A stretch of DNA of 64,000 bases from Nitrospira sp. (GCA_047150005.1 AP038806.1:2720001-2784000); one strand, 5' to 3'. Positions 51,201-58,910 are shown, counted from the first letter of the stretch. The notes: a model not told the origin generated them from the sequence alone. Made by a program: numbers and translations.

Positions 51201-52577
51201 GAAGTGAAAGTGACGGCGACGGATTCGGGGAGCTTGAGCGTCGCCGATGACTTTACACTCACGGTCAGCACTGCCGACCAGACTCTGACGGGCACTGCCG
51301 GAAATGACGTTCTTACGGGTGGTGTCGGGAATGATCAACTTTTCGGCCGGGCCGGCAATGATACGTTGGTGGGCGGGGCTGGCAACGATCTCCTTGACGG
51401 CGGCGCCGGCGTGGACAATATGCGGGGCGGGCTTGGCAACGACACCTACGTGGTCGACAACGCCGGAGACGTCGTCACTGAAAACACCAACGAGGGTATC
51501 GACAGCGTGCAGAGTTCGATCACCTACACGATCGGAGCGAATGTCGAACATCTCACGCTCACCGGGGCCGCCAATATCAATGGCACCGGCAATGCGCTGG
51601 ACAACATTCTTGTCGGCAACAGCGGGAACAATACGTTGGCCGGCGGGGCCGGCAATGACCGGCTGGACGGCGGTCTCGGTAACGACACAATGATCGGCGG
51701 GACCGGAAACGACACCTTCGTCGTGAACCAGGCCGGCGATGTGGTCACGGAATCGTCAAACCAGGGGATCGATACCGTCGAAAGCGCTGTGACCTGCAAC
51801 CTGGGTTCCAACGTCGAGAACCTGACTTTGACCGGCACGACCGATATCAATGGTACCGGAAGCTCCGCCAACAATGTGTTGCTTGGGAACAGCGGCAACA
51901 ATCAACTCGAGGGCGGTTCCGGCAACGATCAGGTGGACGGCGGTCACGGCAACGATCTGCTGCAAGGCGGAAGCGGAGAGGACAGTCTCGCGGGCGGTCT
52001 CGGCGATGATATGCTCACAGGTGGCAGCGACAATGATGTGCTCGACGGTGGAGACGGTTTCGATACACTTGATGGCGGCTCTGGTAACGATATTCTCCGA
52101 GGCGGCGCAGGAAACGATAGCCTGTCCGGTGGCAGCGGAGCCGATCAGTTTACAGGAGGCACCGGCAACGACACGTTGACCGGCGGGTCCGGAAACGATA
52201 GTTACACGTTCGTGCGAGGCGACGGCCAGGAAGCGATCGTCGACAGCGATTCGGCATCCGGCAATCAGGATCATGTGCTCTTTGGCCAAGGGATCAATCC
52301 GTTGGACCTCGTGCTTTCACGGCAAGTCAACAATCTGCGTCTTGCCGTGCATGGTTCGAACGATGTCGTCACGATCCGAAATTGGTACACGAGCCCCGCT
52401 ACTAATCAGATCGAGAACATCCAGGCCGGCAACGGACAACATCTCCTGAACACCCAAGTGGATCAACTCATCCAGGCGATGGCCGGTTTCTCGCAACAGT
52501 CCGGCCTTACGTGGGATCAAGCCATCGATCAGCAACCGCAGCAGGTGCAGGCCGTGCTCGCCGCAAATTGGCACTAG
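42222..52577 (+). CDS. Giant RTX (T1SS-secreted) protein with N-terminal alpha/beta-hydrolase (lipase-like) domain, many Ca-binding nonapeptide repeats and two Ig/cadherin-like domains
   Basis: TGFSAT, FRSTE, VTGYSLGAHLA (Ser170), TFNGPG; dozens of GGxGxDxLx repeats; LPTWLSFD..TRTFSGTP twice; C-terminus VDQLIQAMAGF...LAANWH; no signal peptide. Confidence 0.93.
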   Translation: MPQSDINVWLQFALQQMAAESYLGGIDLNNAEQVKTQLRLGNNPSGFPETGTTRFTGTITQGLQAQSFVEHFQILDHHANDATGFSATLMRERDTNNFTLSFRSTESRNQRDGGDYERDGVNLPLFTGADGEILTQGFAFGQLTAMEQYYQTTVKGLLPVGAVLNVTGYSLGAHLATVFTELHGLEITSSFSFGHAYTFNGPGRGEFSGGPQAETVEAERIREMVARLTQVMNDPMAGIPQGTPEELWPSGLNAALVAWQLNPTWDPWESESVISVYTDSRYLWAKQVVEEEFSPVSRSLSDIPRTDGAFGLITQIVGHATQDDTEYVANSGNHAPEVRVYIEDQPNFDGFGNFFETNGSFGTTHSITLIVDSLATQELFQTIAPALAQSDIEAIFAASSNDLATGTTAGLSGSAEAKPLENALDALRRLFLTGVITETPANPATGGFGDLTNRNKFYEGIGAVKTALAGATVTIEPFVEMGLVDGQPKVLPRLTPVEVIVEAQHNTDRGLAFRYALRELNPFAVVGADYQGLGHTFDGRLALFDPAIGFGEMTEEYLADRAGFLEAKIEINLLNNTTSGDTIHYVDVATGYEIKTGTIASIDREYLFGADKTDIFVGNSADDHLFGGAGSDVLFGSGGNDYLQGDTGNDRLDGTIGSDTLNGGAGFDTYVLQLDGTDRIEDSDRCGVIQVGGQLVLGGVHRGGDPAGTYTSPDGQFSFVETGGNLTINGHLTISNWQAGTLGVMLRDLSLLPSGTSLAIDYNNGQPTVIYDGDATDNTPIFNAAANHIVRGFGGNDVLDLSPSGSAFNHQLFGGDGHDELHGGAGSNRLFGEDGRDLMFGGFGDDVMDGGSDIDLLKGGAGRDALYGKGGSDGLDGGSGDDVLFGGDDNDVLSGESIGLGASTTGNDYLDGEAGADWLMGLLGNDVLQGGAGNDHLYGDQAPAEAPNFDLTYPGLVTSLTEVVFTSFAGGTDYLDGGAGDDYLQGDGGNDVLLGGTENDTLYGDDSTVMVQQGNDWLDGGSGNDNLYGGGGDDTLDGGADNDLLVGDFTDDPIGGADWIDGGDGDDTLIGGQGEDVLFGGPDQDVLFGNEGQDALDGGSGNDELQGGIEADVLWGGTEDDRLFGEEGDDQLFGGEGNDGLFGEAGADLLVGAGGADTLRGGEGPDTYVFNLGDGIDTIVDGPREGNRVVFGPGISADDISLGIGSLLVRVGANGDAIHIQGFDPADPTQSAGIDQFEFADGTILTHGELVARGFDLVGTNGDDFLDGGETYRKIFGLDGNDQLIGGLGDNVLDGGAGADHLFAGAGADRLLGGTGNDWLDGGEEADTLDGGLGNDRLEGGSGDDTYRFSLGSGFDQIVESSGTGDSNLVVFGTGIEPAGVQYRLGNALELPLGTQGDGLSLGSPNFSDVYNSRAIDQFQFADGTVLTHARLVDRGINVPGTEDNDSLDGTNARDLFAGGRGNDRMNGAAGDDQYTFAVGDGIDTIEDLTRTGQGNGVVFGSGITSADLSLGWQAPPFGNGTNKLLVRVGTSGDALLLDSFDRNDVLGIRAVDSYRFSDGSALMYHQLVARGFDLTGAEGNDVVAGTNVTDRLKGLAGQDRLQGGDGDDVLDGGTGNDLLNGGRGADTYVLGRESGEDHLVDVGGMQDTIQYAADVAPGDVQVTKHGNDVVLTIDGTGNGVILSQFFTAAVLQVDTVRFADGTVWDAAALAGFAQRPIVGTTAADILTGTAGDDLFQGLAGNDQLSGLAGNDVLDGGTGADTMTGGPGDDIYVVDDGADIVTEAAGEGLDTVQSSVSHQLSAQVENLTLVGAVAIDGTGNALDNILIGNSAANALTGRAGNDTYTIDGDDVVVERPDEGVDTVQIDHSYALGANLESLTLTGSAPIDGTGNDLDNVLTGNSAVNVLTGGKGNDTYVVSAGDIVVEQVGEGIDTIQTTRSYRLGTNVENLTLLETARNIDPFLQLGPNADEAIATSIYGGTGAGLQVGIGNALDNVLLGNGQRNVLEAGVGNDTLAGNGGLDVLRGGSGQDTYLFGFGSGIDVIDDVSTGEIDTIQLEAGISPDQVMVTRQQILTESPIYSLYPFAFALSLALPNPDRNAGAPADQMYIVYSSLADFSTKQVRFADGTVWDGATLLEKSAGEPDPGPGITLDGGIDDDLLIGTEANDRLNGFAGNDRLEGGAGSDILDGGSGNDVLLGGDGRDALSGGEGDNELDGGAGDDSLSAIGGQNVLRGGAGNDSVSGQGLTNLLDGGVGNDNLFGLGTDTFVFGRGYGYDSANPGSEDIVQMTSDVLPVDVMLYSIESGNHRLGIHGSFDELQMGSSFPGQVVFADGTVWDQAYLMNHEQQGMGTDGNDTMGGASGADILVGGKGDDLYGVEAGDIVIEFQDEGNDTITTLLEYALPDNVENLIFNLNSHAVLGIGNDLDNVIEGSPDHGGDGDNILDGGAGNDVLIGGASIPSFTQLGDGSDLLIGGPGNDVLRPFFLMLGGPFFNSLESHGIDLLLGGPGDDTYILIGGYTIQSPLEPTIGPFFDLPNATVVELPGEGSDTLVAITDQTLPSNVENLFLFGGTHGIGNELDNVLIGGIGANILEGHTGNDTLIGGYGRILSPNGIEFVDSATVLDDSINDTAIDTLIGGVGDDVYVVGVGDIIVESTGEGADRVISRASYQLGDHLEHLILAGDESIDGTGNGLDNRLTGNGAVNVLAGGLSDDVLLGNGGDDTYVFNIGDGADTIEDTASTTEGNRIRFGAGITQSDLTFTRDDVAHTLTIRVGGSGIDQLLLTNFDPTATHGSLVVDTLAFADGTSINLDSLLASMINQAPTVAQPLADWTVPEDIPFSFVVPANTFADPNAGDHLTLSASLADGGALPTWLSFDASTRTFSGTPANGDVGSLEVKVTATDSGTLSVSDTFNLTATNVNDAPTVANPIVDQSAQTGAVFSFTLPANTFSDIDVGDTLIYTATLAEGGALPAWLNFNTATRTFSGTPANGDVGSLEVKVTATDSGSLSVADDFTLTVSTADQTLTGTAGNDVLTGGVGNDQLFGRAGNDTLVGGAGNDLLDGGAGVDNMRGGLGNDTYVVDNAGDVVTENTNEGIDSVQSSITYTIGANVEHLTLTGAANINGTGNALDNILVGNSGNNTLAGGAGNDRLDGGLGNDTMIGGTGNDTFVVNQAGDVVTESSNQGIDTVESAVTCNLGSNVENLTLTGTTDINGTGSSANNVLLGNSGNNQLEGGSGNDQVDGGHGNDLLQGGSGEDSLAGGLGDDMLTGGSDNDVLDGGDGFDTLDGGSGNDILRGGAGNDSLSGGSGADQFTGGTGNDTLTGGSGNDSYTFVRGDGQEAIVDSDSASGNQDHVLFGQGINPLDLVLSRQVNNLRLAVHGSNDVVTIRNWYTSPATNQIENIQAGNGQHLLNTQVDQLIQAMAGFSQQSGLTWDQAIDQQPQQVQAVLAANWH

Positions 52578-52593
52578 CCCAAGGCAGCTGGCC

Positions 52594-54780
52594 ATGGCGA
52601 CGGCATCACCCCTGAATTCACACCTCCAAGAGCCAGTCGAATCCTCGTCTTTTCCTCTCGAGGACAGTGGGCTTGTATGCCTTCTCATCATGGCCCGCTT
52701 CCATGATGTGCCTGCCGATGCAGCGCAGTTGCGCCATCAGTTCGCCAGGTCCGGGTCTCTGTTCTCCGATATCGATATCCTGCGCGCTGCCAAACATCTC
52801 GGACTCAAGGCGCGCGTCCATCGCACGCAATGGAGCCGTTTGCCTGGGACTCCGTTGCCCGCTGTGGCAAGGCGACGCGACGGACGGTATGTGGTCCTGG
52901 CCAAGATGGAAGGCGACAGGGCGTTGATTCAAGACCCGGTACTCGGGCGTCCGCTGGTCCAGCTTCGCGAGGAGTTCGAATCGGGTTGGACCGGCGAGCT
53001 GCTGCTGTTTGCGAAACGCGCCCGTCTCAGGCCTCAGGATCTGAAGTTCGATTTCACCTGGTTCATTCCGGCGATCGTGAAATATCGCAAGTTTCTGGGC
53101 GAGGTGTTCCTGGCCTCGTTCTTTCTGCAACTGTTCGCTCTCCTCACACCGCTCTTTACCCAAGTGGTCATCGACAAGGTGCTCGTGCACAAAGGCTTCA
53201 CGACACTGCACGTCATGGCGATCGGCATGATCGCCCTGGCGCTGTTCGATGCGACGCTCGGGGGTCTGCGCACCTATTTGTTTTCGCATACGACTAACCG
53301 CATCGATGTCGGCCTCGGCGCGCAATTGTTCCGTCACATCCTCGGGCTCCCGTTGGCGTACTTCGAGGCGCGGCGTGTCGGGGATACGGTCGCGCGGGTT
53401 CGTGAGCTGGAACACATCAGGCAGTTTCTCACGAGCAATTCCGTCACCGTGGTTCTGGATCTGTTCTTTACGTTTGTGTTCCTTGTGGTCATGTGGCTTT
53501 ACAGTCCCACGCTGAGCCTAGTCGTCATGGCGTCGCTGCCGCTCTATGCCCTCTTGTCCATGACGATCACCCCGGCTATCCGCGCCAGGCTCCATGAGAA
53601 ATGTAATCGGGGCGCGGACAACCAATCGTTTCTCGTGGAAGCGGTAAGCGGCATTCAGACGATTAAAGCTCTCGCCGTCGAGCCGCCGCTGGTGCGTGCA
53701 TGGGAGGAGCAGCTCGCCGCCTATGTGCGAGCCAGTTTTCGGGCGACCATCCTCATTACAGGAGCGAGCCAGATTGCCTCGTGCATTCAGAAGATCACCG
53801 TGGTCGCCGTGCTCTGGGTCGGCGCCTATCGGGTGATCGACGGAGATCTGACCATCGGTCAATTGATCGCCTTTAATATGTTGTCCGCTCAGGTCACAGG
53901 CCCGCTGCTCCGTATCGTGAACCTTTGGCAGGAGCTCCAGCAGGTCGGCATTTCCGTTCAACGGCTGGGCGATGTACTGAATACGCAGGTGGAGCCTTCG
54001 TACAGCGTCAGTCGAACCGCGCTTCAGCCGGCGCGTGGTCAAGTGGCTTTTGAGGAGGTCAGCTTCCGGTACCGTCCGGACGGATCCGAAGTGTTGCGCA
54101 AGGTCTCGTTCTCAGTCATGCCGGGACATATCATAGGGATCGTCGGGAAATCCGGGTCCGGCAAGAGCACGATTGCGAGGTTGATCCAGCGGCTCTATGT
54201 TCCCGAGCGCGGACGGATACTCGTCGATGGTGTGGACGTGGCACAGGTCGATCCCACTTCATTACGCCGGCAGGTGGGTGTCGTACTCCAGGACAACTTC
54301 CTGTTCAATCGCTCGGTCCGCGACAACATTGCCTTGACCGATCCAGGAATTGGGGTCGAACAGGTGATGCAGGCGGCCAAGCTGGCCGGCGCCCATGACT
54401 TCATTCTCGAACTACCTGCAGGCTATGACACGCCGGTAGGCGAGCAGGGCTGTTCGTTATCAGGCGGACAGCGCCAGCGGATCGCCATCGCGCGAGCCCT
54501 GATCGCCAATCCACCGATCCTGATCTTTGACGAAGCCACCAGCGCTCTCGATTATGAATCGGAAGCTGTCATTCAGCGAAACATGGCACAGATCTGCAAC
54601 AAACGAACGGTCTTCATTATCGCCCATCGGTTGAGCGCAGTGCGGCCTGCCCATCGCATCTACGTCGTGGAAAAGGGAGAAATCATCGAAGACGGCACCC
54701 ATGATGACTTGCTTGGGAGAAACGGTTCCTATGCGCGGCTATGCAGGCTTCAAGACGGGCGGCTCGAGGTGGGCATTTAA
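52594..54780 (+). CDS. hlyB: Type I secretion ABC transporter (HlyB family, inactive C39-like domain)
   Basis: DSGL replaces the catalytic DCG; FDFTWFIPAIVKY, GKSGSGKST, LSGGQRQR, IFDEATSALD. Confidence 0.95.
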   Translation: MATASPLNSHLQEPVESSSFPLEDSGLVCLLIMARFHDVPADAAQLRHQFARSGSLFSDIDILRAAKHLGLKARVHRTQWSRLPGTPLPAVARRRDGRYVVLAKMEGDRALIQDPVLGRPLVQLREEFESGWTGELLLFAKRARLRPQDLKFDFTWFIPAIVKYRKFLGEVFLASFFLQLFALLTPLFTQVVIDKVLVHKGFTTLHVMAIGMIALALFDATLGGLRTYLFSHTTNRIDVGLGAQLFRHILGLPLAYFEARRVGDTVARVRELEHIRQFLTSNSVTVVLDLFFTFVFLVVMWLYSPTLSLVVMASLPLYALLSMTITPAIRARLHEKCNRGADNQSFLVEAVSGIQTIKALAVEPPLVRAWEEQLAAYVRASFRATILITGASQIASCIQKITVVAVLWVGAYRVIDGDLTIGQLIAFNMLSAQVTGPLLRIVNLWQELQQVGISVQRLGDVLNTQVEPSYSVSRTALQPARGQVAFEEVSFRYRPDGSEVLRKVSFSVMPGHIIGIVGKSGSGKSTIARLIQRLYVPERGRILVDGVDVAQVDPTSLRRQVGVVLQDNFLFNRSVRDNIALTDPGIGVEQVMQAAKLAGAHDFILELPAGYDTPVGEQGCSLSGGQRQRIAIARALIANPPILIFDEATSALDYESEAVIQRNMAQICNKRTVFIIAHRLSAVRPAHRIYVVEKGEIIEDGTHDDLLGRNGSYARLCRLQDGRLEVGI

Positions 54781-54784
54781 CAGA

Positions 54785-56143
54785 ATGAAGGTGGGAGAGA
54801 GACAGGCGACAGAATTTCTCCCCGCCGTGCTGGAAATGCAGCAGGCGCCGCCTTCGCCGATTGGTCGCGCGATTGTCTGGGTGATTATGATGGTCTTCAC
54901 GTCCGGCGTGCTGTGGGCGACATTCGGCTGGATTGATATCGTGGCCATCGCCCAAGGCAGGATCATTCCCAGCGGCTATTCCAAAGTGATTCAGCCCTAT
55001 GAAGCCGGTGTCATCGCCGCTATTCATGTTCAAGATGGTCAGGTCGTGAAACGAGGTGATGTGCTGATCGAACTCGATCCGACGCTGAACCGGGCCGATC
55101 GAGACCGTGCCTCGAACGAATACCGGGCAGCCAGGGTCGAAGCGGCCCGCTTGCGGGCACTGATCGCCGGCCAATCGACTTTCGACCCTCCGGCTGACGG
55201 AGATGCAACCTACATTGTCTTGCAACAACAACTTCTCCTCGATGAGCGAGCCGAGCATCAATCCCGCATGCAGGCGGCGCAGCATGTGATCGATCAACGG
55301 AAGGCTGCCATCGGGCAAACCAAAGAAGAGATTCATCGATTGGAAGCGACCGTACCCATGGAAACGGAACGGGCCGAAACCTTCAAGTCGCTCCTGGAAT
55401 ATCAGGCTGCGACGAAGATGGAGTATATCCAGGCCGAAGAGCAGCGCATCGACCGAACCCAAGAATTGGCCGGACAGCGCATGAAGCTGGTTCAGGGCCG
55501 CGCGACCTTGGCGGAAAGCGAGAAGAACTACCGAGTGATCGTGTCGGAATTTCAGCAAACCAAGCAGACCGAGCTGGCGACTCTTGAAACCAAGGCCGCC
55601 TCCCTTGCCCAAGAGGTGACGAAGGCCGGACAAAAAGCGACGCTCCAGTGGCTGACGGCGCCGATCGATGGCGTGGTGCAGCAACTGGCCGTGCACACGG
55701 TGGGAGGAGTCGTCACCTCGGCGCAACAGCTGTTGGTCGTGGTGCCGGAAGATCATCCCGTGGAAGTGGCGGCGCAGGTCGAGAATAAGGATGTGGGGTT
55801 TGTCAAAGAAGGCCAGTCTGTCGAGATCAAGGTGGAAACCTTCCCGTTTACGCTCTATGGCACGATTCCGGGCCAGGTGATCACGGTGTCGGATGATGCA
55901 GTCCTACTCGACCGTGAAAGGACGAACGCAGAACAGCCGACTCAAGCCAAGGTGGCGGAGCAACTGGTCTATGCCACCCGCGTGCGATTGGAACGGTCTA
56001 CTATCCTCGTCAATGGGAAAACGGTGAACCTCTCTCCCGGCATGGCCGTCTCCGTCGAGATCAAGACCGGGAAGCGACGGATCATCGAATATCTCTTGAG
56101 CCCCTTGCTCAAATCCGTCAAAGAGAGTTTGCGGGAACGATAA
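54785..56143 (+). CDS. hlyD: Type I secretion membrane fusion protein (HlyD family)
   Basis: EFLPAVLE, single TM, APIDGVVQQLAVHTVGGVV, FPFTLYG, PGM, EYLLSP; start ATG 54785. Confidence 0.95.
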   Translation: MKVGERQATEFLPAVLEMQQAPPSPIGRAIVWVIMMVFTSGVLWATFGWIDIVAIAQGRIIPSGYSKVIQPYEAGVIAAIHVQDGQVVKRGDVLIELDPTLNRADRDRASNEYRAARVEAARLRALIAGQSTFDPPADGDATYIVLQQQLLLDERAEHQSRMQAAQHVIDQRKAAIGQTKEEIHRLEATVPMETERAETFKSLLEYQAATKMEYIQAEEQRIDRTQELAGQRMKLVQGRATLAESEKNYRVIVSEFQQTKQTELATLETKAASLAQEVTKAGQKATLQWLTAPIDGVVQQLAVHTVGGVVTSAQQLLVVVPEDHPVEVAAQVENKDVGFVKEGQSVEIKVETFPFTLYGTIPGQVITVSDDAVLLDRERTNAEQPTQAKVAEQLVYATRVRLERSTILVNGKTVNLSPGMAVSVEIKTGKRRIIEYLLSPLLKSVKESLRER

Positions 56144-56266
56144 CATGCATCAACTCAACGGCTATCAGGAGAAGGCCAACCATCTCGCGGGACCGCCGGA
56201 AGGGACACTCGTGACAGATCGTACTTCGATCTTGCGCCACAAAAGCAAAGGTGGTAGCGTGTTTCC

Positions 56267-56443
56267 ATGACACAGCTCGCACAACAACTCGACAAGAAAC
56301 TCGCCACGTGGAGCCCGGACGTCGCGGCGCAGGTGGAGCAACTGATCAGCGACGTGATCGCCATGGCCGACGCCAACGCTCTGGATCTCCTCCCCTCTCG
56401 GACAGCGGTACAGAAAGTCCTCGACACGCTCGATGAAAGCTAA
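56267..56443 (+). CDS. Putative antitoxin (58 aa), absent from the ORF track
   Basis: MTQLAQQLDKKLATWSPDVAAQVEQLISDVIAMADANALDLLPSRTAVQKVLDTLDES; overlaps the toxin start; TTGCGC-17-TAGCGT promoter just upstream. Confidence 0.7.
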   Translation: MTQLAQQLDKKLATWSPDVAAQVEQLISDVIAMADANALDLLPSRTAVQKVLDTLDES

Positions 56444-56750
56444 GCCAGGGGAGATCTGGCTCGCCGAACTCGGCTTGGCCGCCAAACGGCGTCCCGTTCT
56501 TGTCGTCTCTCACTATGATCCCGATGCGCCGCGCGCCCTTATTGTGTATGTTCCTCTCACAACCCAGCATCGGGGAAGCCGCTATGAAGTCCTCGTCGGA
56601 CATCTGCCGTTTCTTGATGAGGTCTCCGTGGTGAATGTCCAAGGCATAGGGCCCTTGGTCGAACCCCACCTCGAACGCAAGCTTGGCCAGCTTCCATCGG
56701 ACACCTTCGCGCAGGTCAAAAACGCTCTCCGCTTTGTACTCGAATTGTAA
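56433..56750 (+). CDS. PemK/MazF-family endoribonuclease toxin
   Basis: PGEIWLAEL...KRRPVLVVS...YVPLTT...ERKLGQL. Confidence 0.9.
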   Translation: MKAKPGEIWLAELGLAAKRRPVLVVSHYDPDAPRALIVYVPLTTQHRGSRYEVLVGHLPFLDEVSVVNVQGIGPLVEPHLERKLGQLPSDTFAQVKNALRFVLEL

Positions 56751-56956
56751 GGCTTCGTTTGCTTTTTCGCGCTCCTAACGCATTTTACCAAAGACAGCCT
56801 CTCTTCATTTCAAGTCGATTCGTGTGAGTCCTTTCCATCGAAGAATGGGATGACCGGTTGCCATTGGTTTCTTGGAACGGTCAAAAGAAACGGGCGTGCC
56901 GAAAGGGGAGAGATGAAAGGAGGGTGGGGTTGTCCGCGCCCGCGCCGTACTGCCCA

Positions 56957-57721
56957 TTACCCATAGTTGGGTTCGAGGGCCTCCCGAGGGCGTGCTGTTG
57001 TTGAGGAAGGGAACTCCACCGGGAGGGCGCCGAGACGCCCGCTTCGTTCTGACAGCGGGAAAATCATACAGGACAGCAGCCCCGTCCTGGTCGTCGTGTG
57101 TGTCTTCTGCATTAGGCGCTTCAAGTGTTCCTTCACCGTGTGTTCGCTCAGATTGATACGATTGGCGATCTCCTTGTTCGTAAATCCCAGCATCAGATAG
57201 ATGATCACCATCTGTTCACGCTCGGTCAGGTGGTATCGGTCTTGGATCCTGGTTTCCGCACAGGTCGCGGCTTGCCGGAGCGTTTCAAGCATAATGAGCA
57301 CGCGACTCTTCGTCTCGTCGCCCTGATCGGACATGCGCCATCCCCGGATGAGAAGCCGATCCTCGGATAGGTCGACGACTCGCTCGATGTACTGCGGCCT
57401 GCAATCCTCGGAATCGTCGCCCGTCCATGCGGGAGGGTTGAGTTCGCGTAGCACCGTGCCGAGCTCCTCGGGCATGAGGCAGGCGCCGAACTCTCTCGTG
57501 GCGGCGGGCTGTAATCGTTGAATGAACAACGGGACCTGGTCATTCATGAAAAGGAGCTGCCCAAAATTATTGAACAGCATCACGCCGATTCTGGCATGAC
57601 GCCAAGGACCAGCCGCATGTTTTCTCTGCTGATTCGGCGCCGGTGCCTCTCGTTCAAGGTTCATCAAAGGGCTTTCCTGGTTATCCCCGTTCACGTGGTC
57701 GGATCGGCCTAGCTGCCTCAT
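56957..57721 (-). CDS. LuxR-family HTH transcriptional regulator
   Basis: LTEREQMVIIYLMLGFTNKEIANRINLSEHTVKEHLK. Start uncertain. Confidence 0.88.
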   Translation of the reverse strand: MRQLGRSDHVNGDNQESPLMNLEREAPAPNQQRKHAAGPWRHARIGVMLFNNFGQLLFMNDQVPLFIQRLQPAATREFGACLMPEELGTVLRELNPPAWTGDDSEDCRPQYIERVVDLSEDRLLIRGWRMSDQGDETKSRVLIMLETLRQAATCAETRIQDRYHLTEREQMVIIYLMLGFTNKEIANRINLSEHTVKEHLKRLMQKTHTTTRTGLLSCMIFPLSERSGRLGALPVEFPSSTTARPREALEPNYG

Positions 57722-57863
57722 TATGCAATATGGAGACCCCCCTAGAGATCCCCCTAGGTCGCAGACTGGCCGATAGATCAGCCATCATCTGGAAATCACA
57801 CGTATAGTCATAGAGTTGTGTTCATTGGATCCCATCGTACTTTTCGGAGGAAATAATGTCTGC

Positions 57864-57909
57864 TGGATCCATTTAGTAGATACGAATGGACCCATTTAGT
57901 AGGTACGAA
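57864..57909. repeat. Tandem 23-bp direct repeat upstream of the LuxR gene
   Basis: TGGATCCATTTAGTAGATACGAA followed by TGGACCCATTTAGTAGGTACGAA (2 mismatches). Confidence 0.75.
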
Positions 57910-58011
57910 CAGATTCAGCATGAATTGCATTTGATCCAGGCGGCAAGGCTGTCAAGCTGGGTGGTAGGACGTAAGAGCGCGGGTAAATCGGGCTGTTGGA
58001 ACGGTCGGTAG

Positions 58012-58803
58012 CTAGACCGAAATGGTCTGGCCCTCTTGAAGAACCGTGAGCGAGGGGAGGCGCAACTGATTGAGTTCGCGCACGATCTCATCCGTGTACG
58101 CCGGCTTGAGATGATAGGCATAGACGGCAATATCCGCACGACTCAGCTTGCGAAGCTCCTCTGCAAGCAAGGCGGGCGTGAGGTGTTTGCTGATGCGCGC
58201 GAGATCATGCTTGGCATTCGGATAGGAACATTCGATGAACACCGCCTTGAGGTCCGGAATACGTTTGGCTACCGACCACAATTCCTCGGTCACGTACGTG
58301 TCTCCGCTGTACAACAGAGCGGCACTCCGATTCCGAATAATGAACCCCGCGGCCGGCACCGTGTGGTTCACGAGCACCGGACTGATCTCGAAGCCTTCCA
58401 CGGAATAACATTTTCCTGCCTCGATCGCCTGAGCCACAAAGATGGGGTTCTCCGCTGTCGGAATCCTGAAGAAATCGGGATAGACGGATGTGTTGAAGAT
58501 GTGCCGCTTCAAGCCTGAGATGACTTCTGGCAGGGCGGCAATCGTCACGGGTGAGGCGGCACCCTCACTGAGATTGTCGGCGAAGGTGGGCAGGCCCTTG
58601 ATGTGATCAAAATGCAAATGTGACAGGAGAACATGACGAATCTGCTTCTGCTCTTCGAACACAAGCTTTGCGGCGATTGTCCCTGCATCGAGGAGTACGG
58701 TGCCGTTCAGCAGGAAGCCGCAAGTGTTGCACTCTGTCCGGCCACGGCCACCCGTCTTCAGCAGACTGTCGGACCCGTGACAGCCAAGGATTCGTATATT
58801 CAC
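58012..58803 (-). CDS. Metallo-beta-lactamase-fold cyclic-nucleotide phosphodiesterase (class II-like)
   Basis: IRILGCHG, LLDAGT, SHLHFDHIKGL, VNHTVP, YSGDT, IECSYPN, HLTP, HLKP. Confidence 0.85.
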   Translation of the reverse strand: MNIRILGCHGSDSLLKTGGRGRTECNTCGFLLNGTVLLDAGTIAAKLVFEEQKQIRHVLLSHLHFDHIKGLPTFADNLSEGAASPVTIAALPEVISGLKRHIFNTSVYPDFFRIPTAENPIFVAQAIEAGKCYSVEGFEISPVLVNHTVPAAGFIIRNRSAALLYSGDTYVTEELWSVAKRIPDLKAVFIECSYPNAKHDLARISKHLTPALLAEELRKLSRADIAVYAYHLKPAYTDEIVRELNQLRLPSLTVLQEGQTISV

Positions 58804-58910
58804 CGCCTGACCTTCTGACTCATCGAGTGTTTAGCCGGTGCTCACCGGTGTTCGCCGCCGCCGGTGCCATTTGACCGTCACGATCCGGTGGCACCTGCGA
58901 TCATATCCGG

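Noticed and set aside
44040..52289. Many minus-strand and off-frame ORFs inside the RTX gene
   Set aside because: By-products of repetitive Gly/Asp-rich codons; no independent coding signal.
52594..53030. Active C39 peptidase (bacteriocin-processing transporter)
   Set aside because: The catalytic Cys position reads DSG instead of DCG, so it is a HlyB-type inactive C39-like domain.
56250..56261. ops-like (RfaH) sequence GGTGGTAGCGTG
   Set aside because: One mismatch to the ops consensus, located downstream of the secretion operon, and better explained as the extended -10 of the TA promoter.
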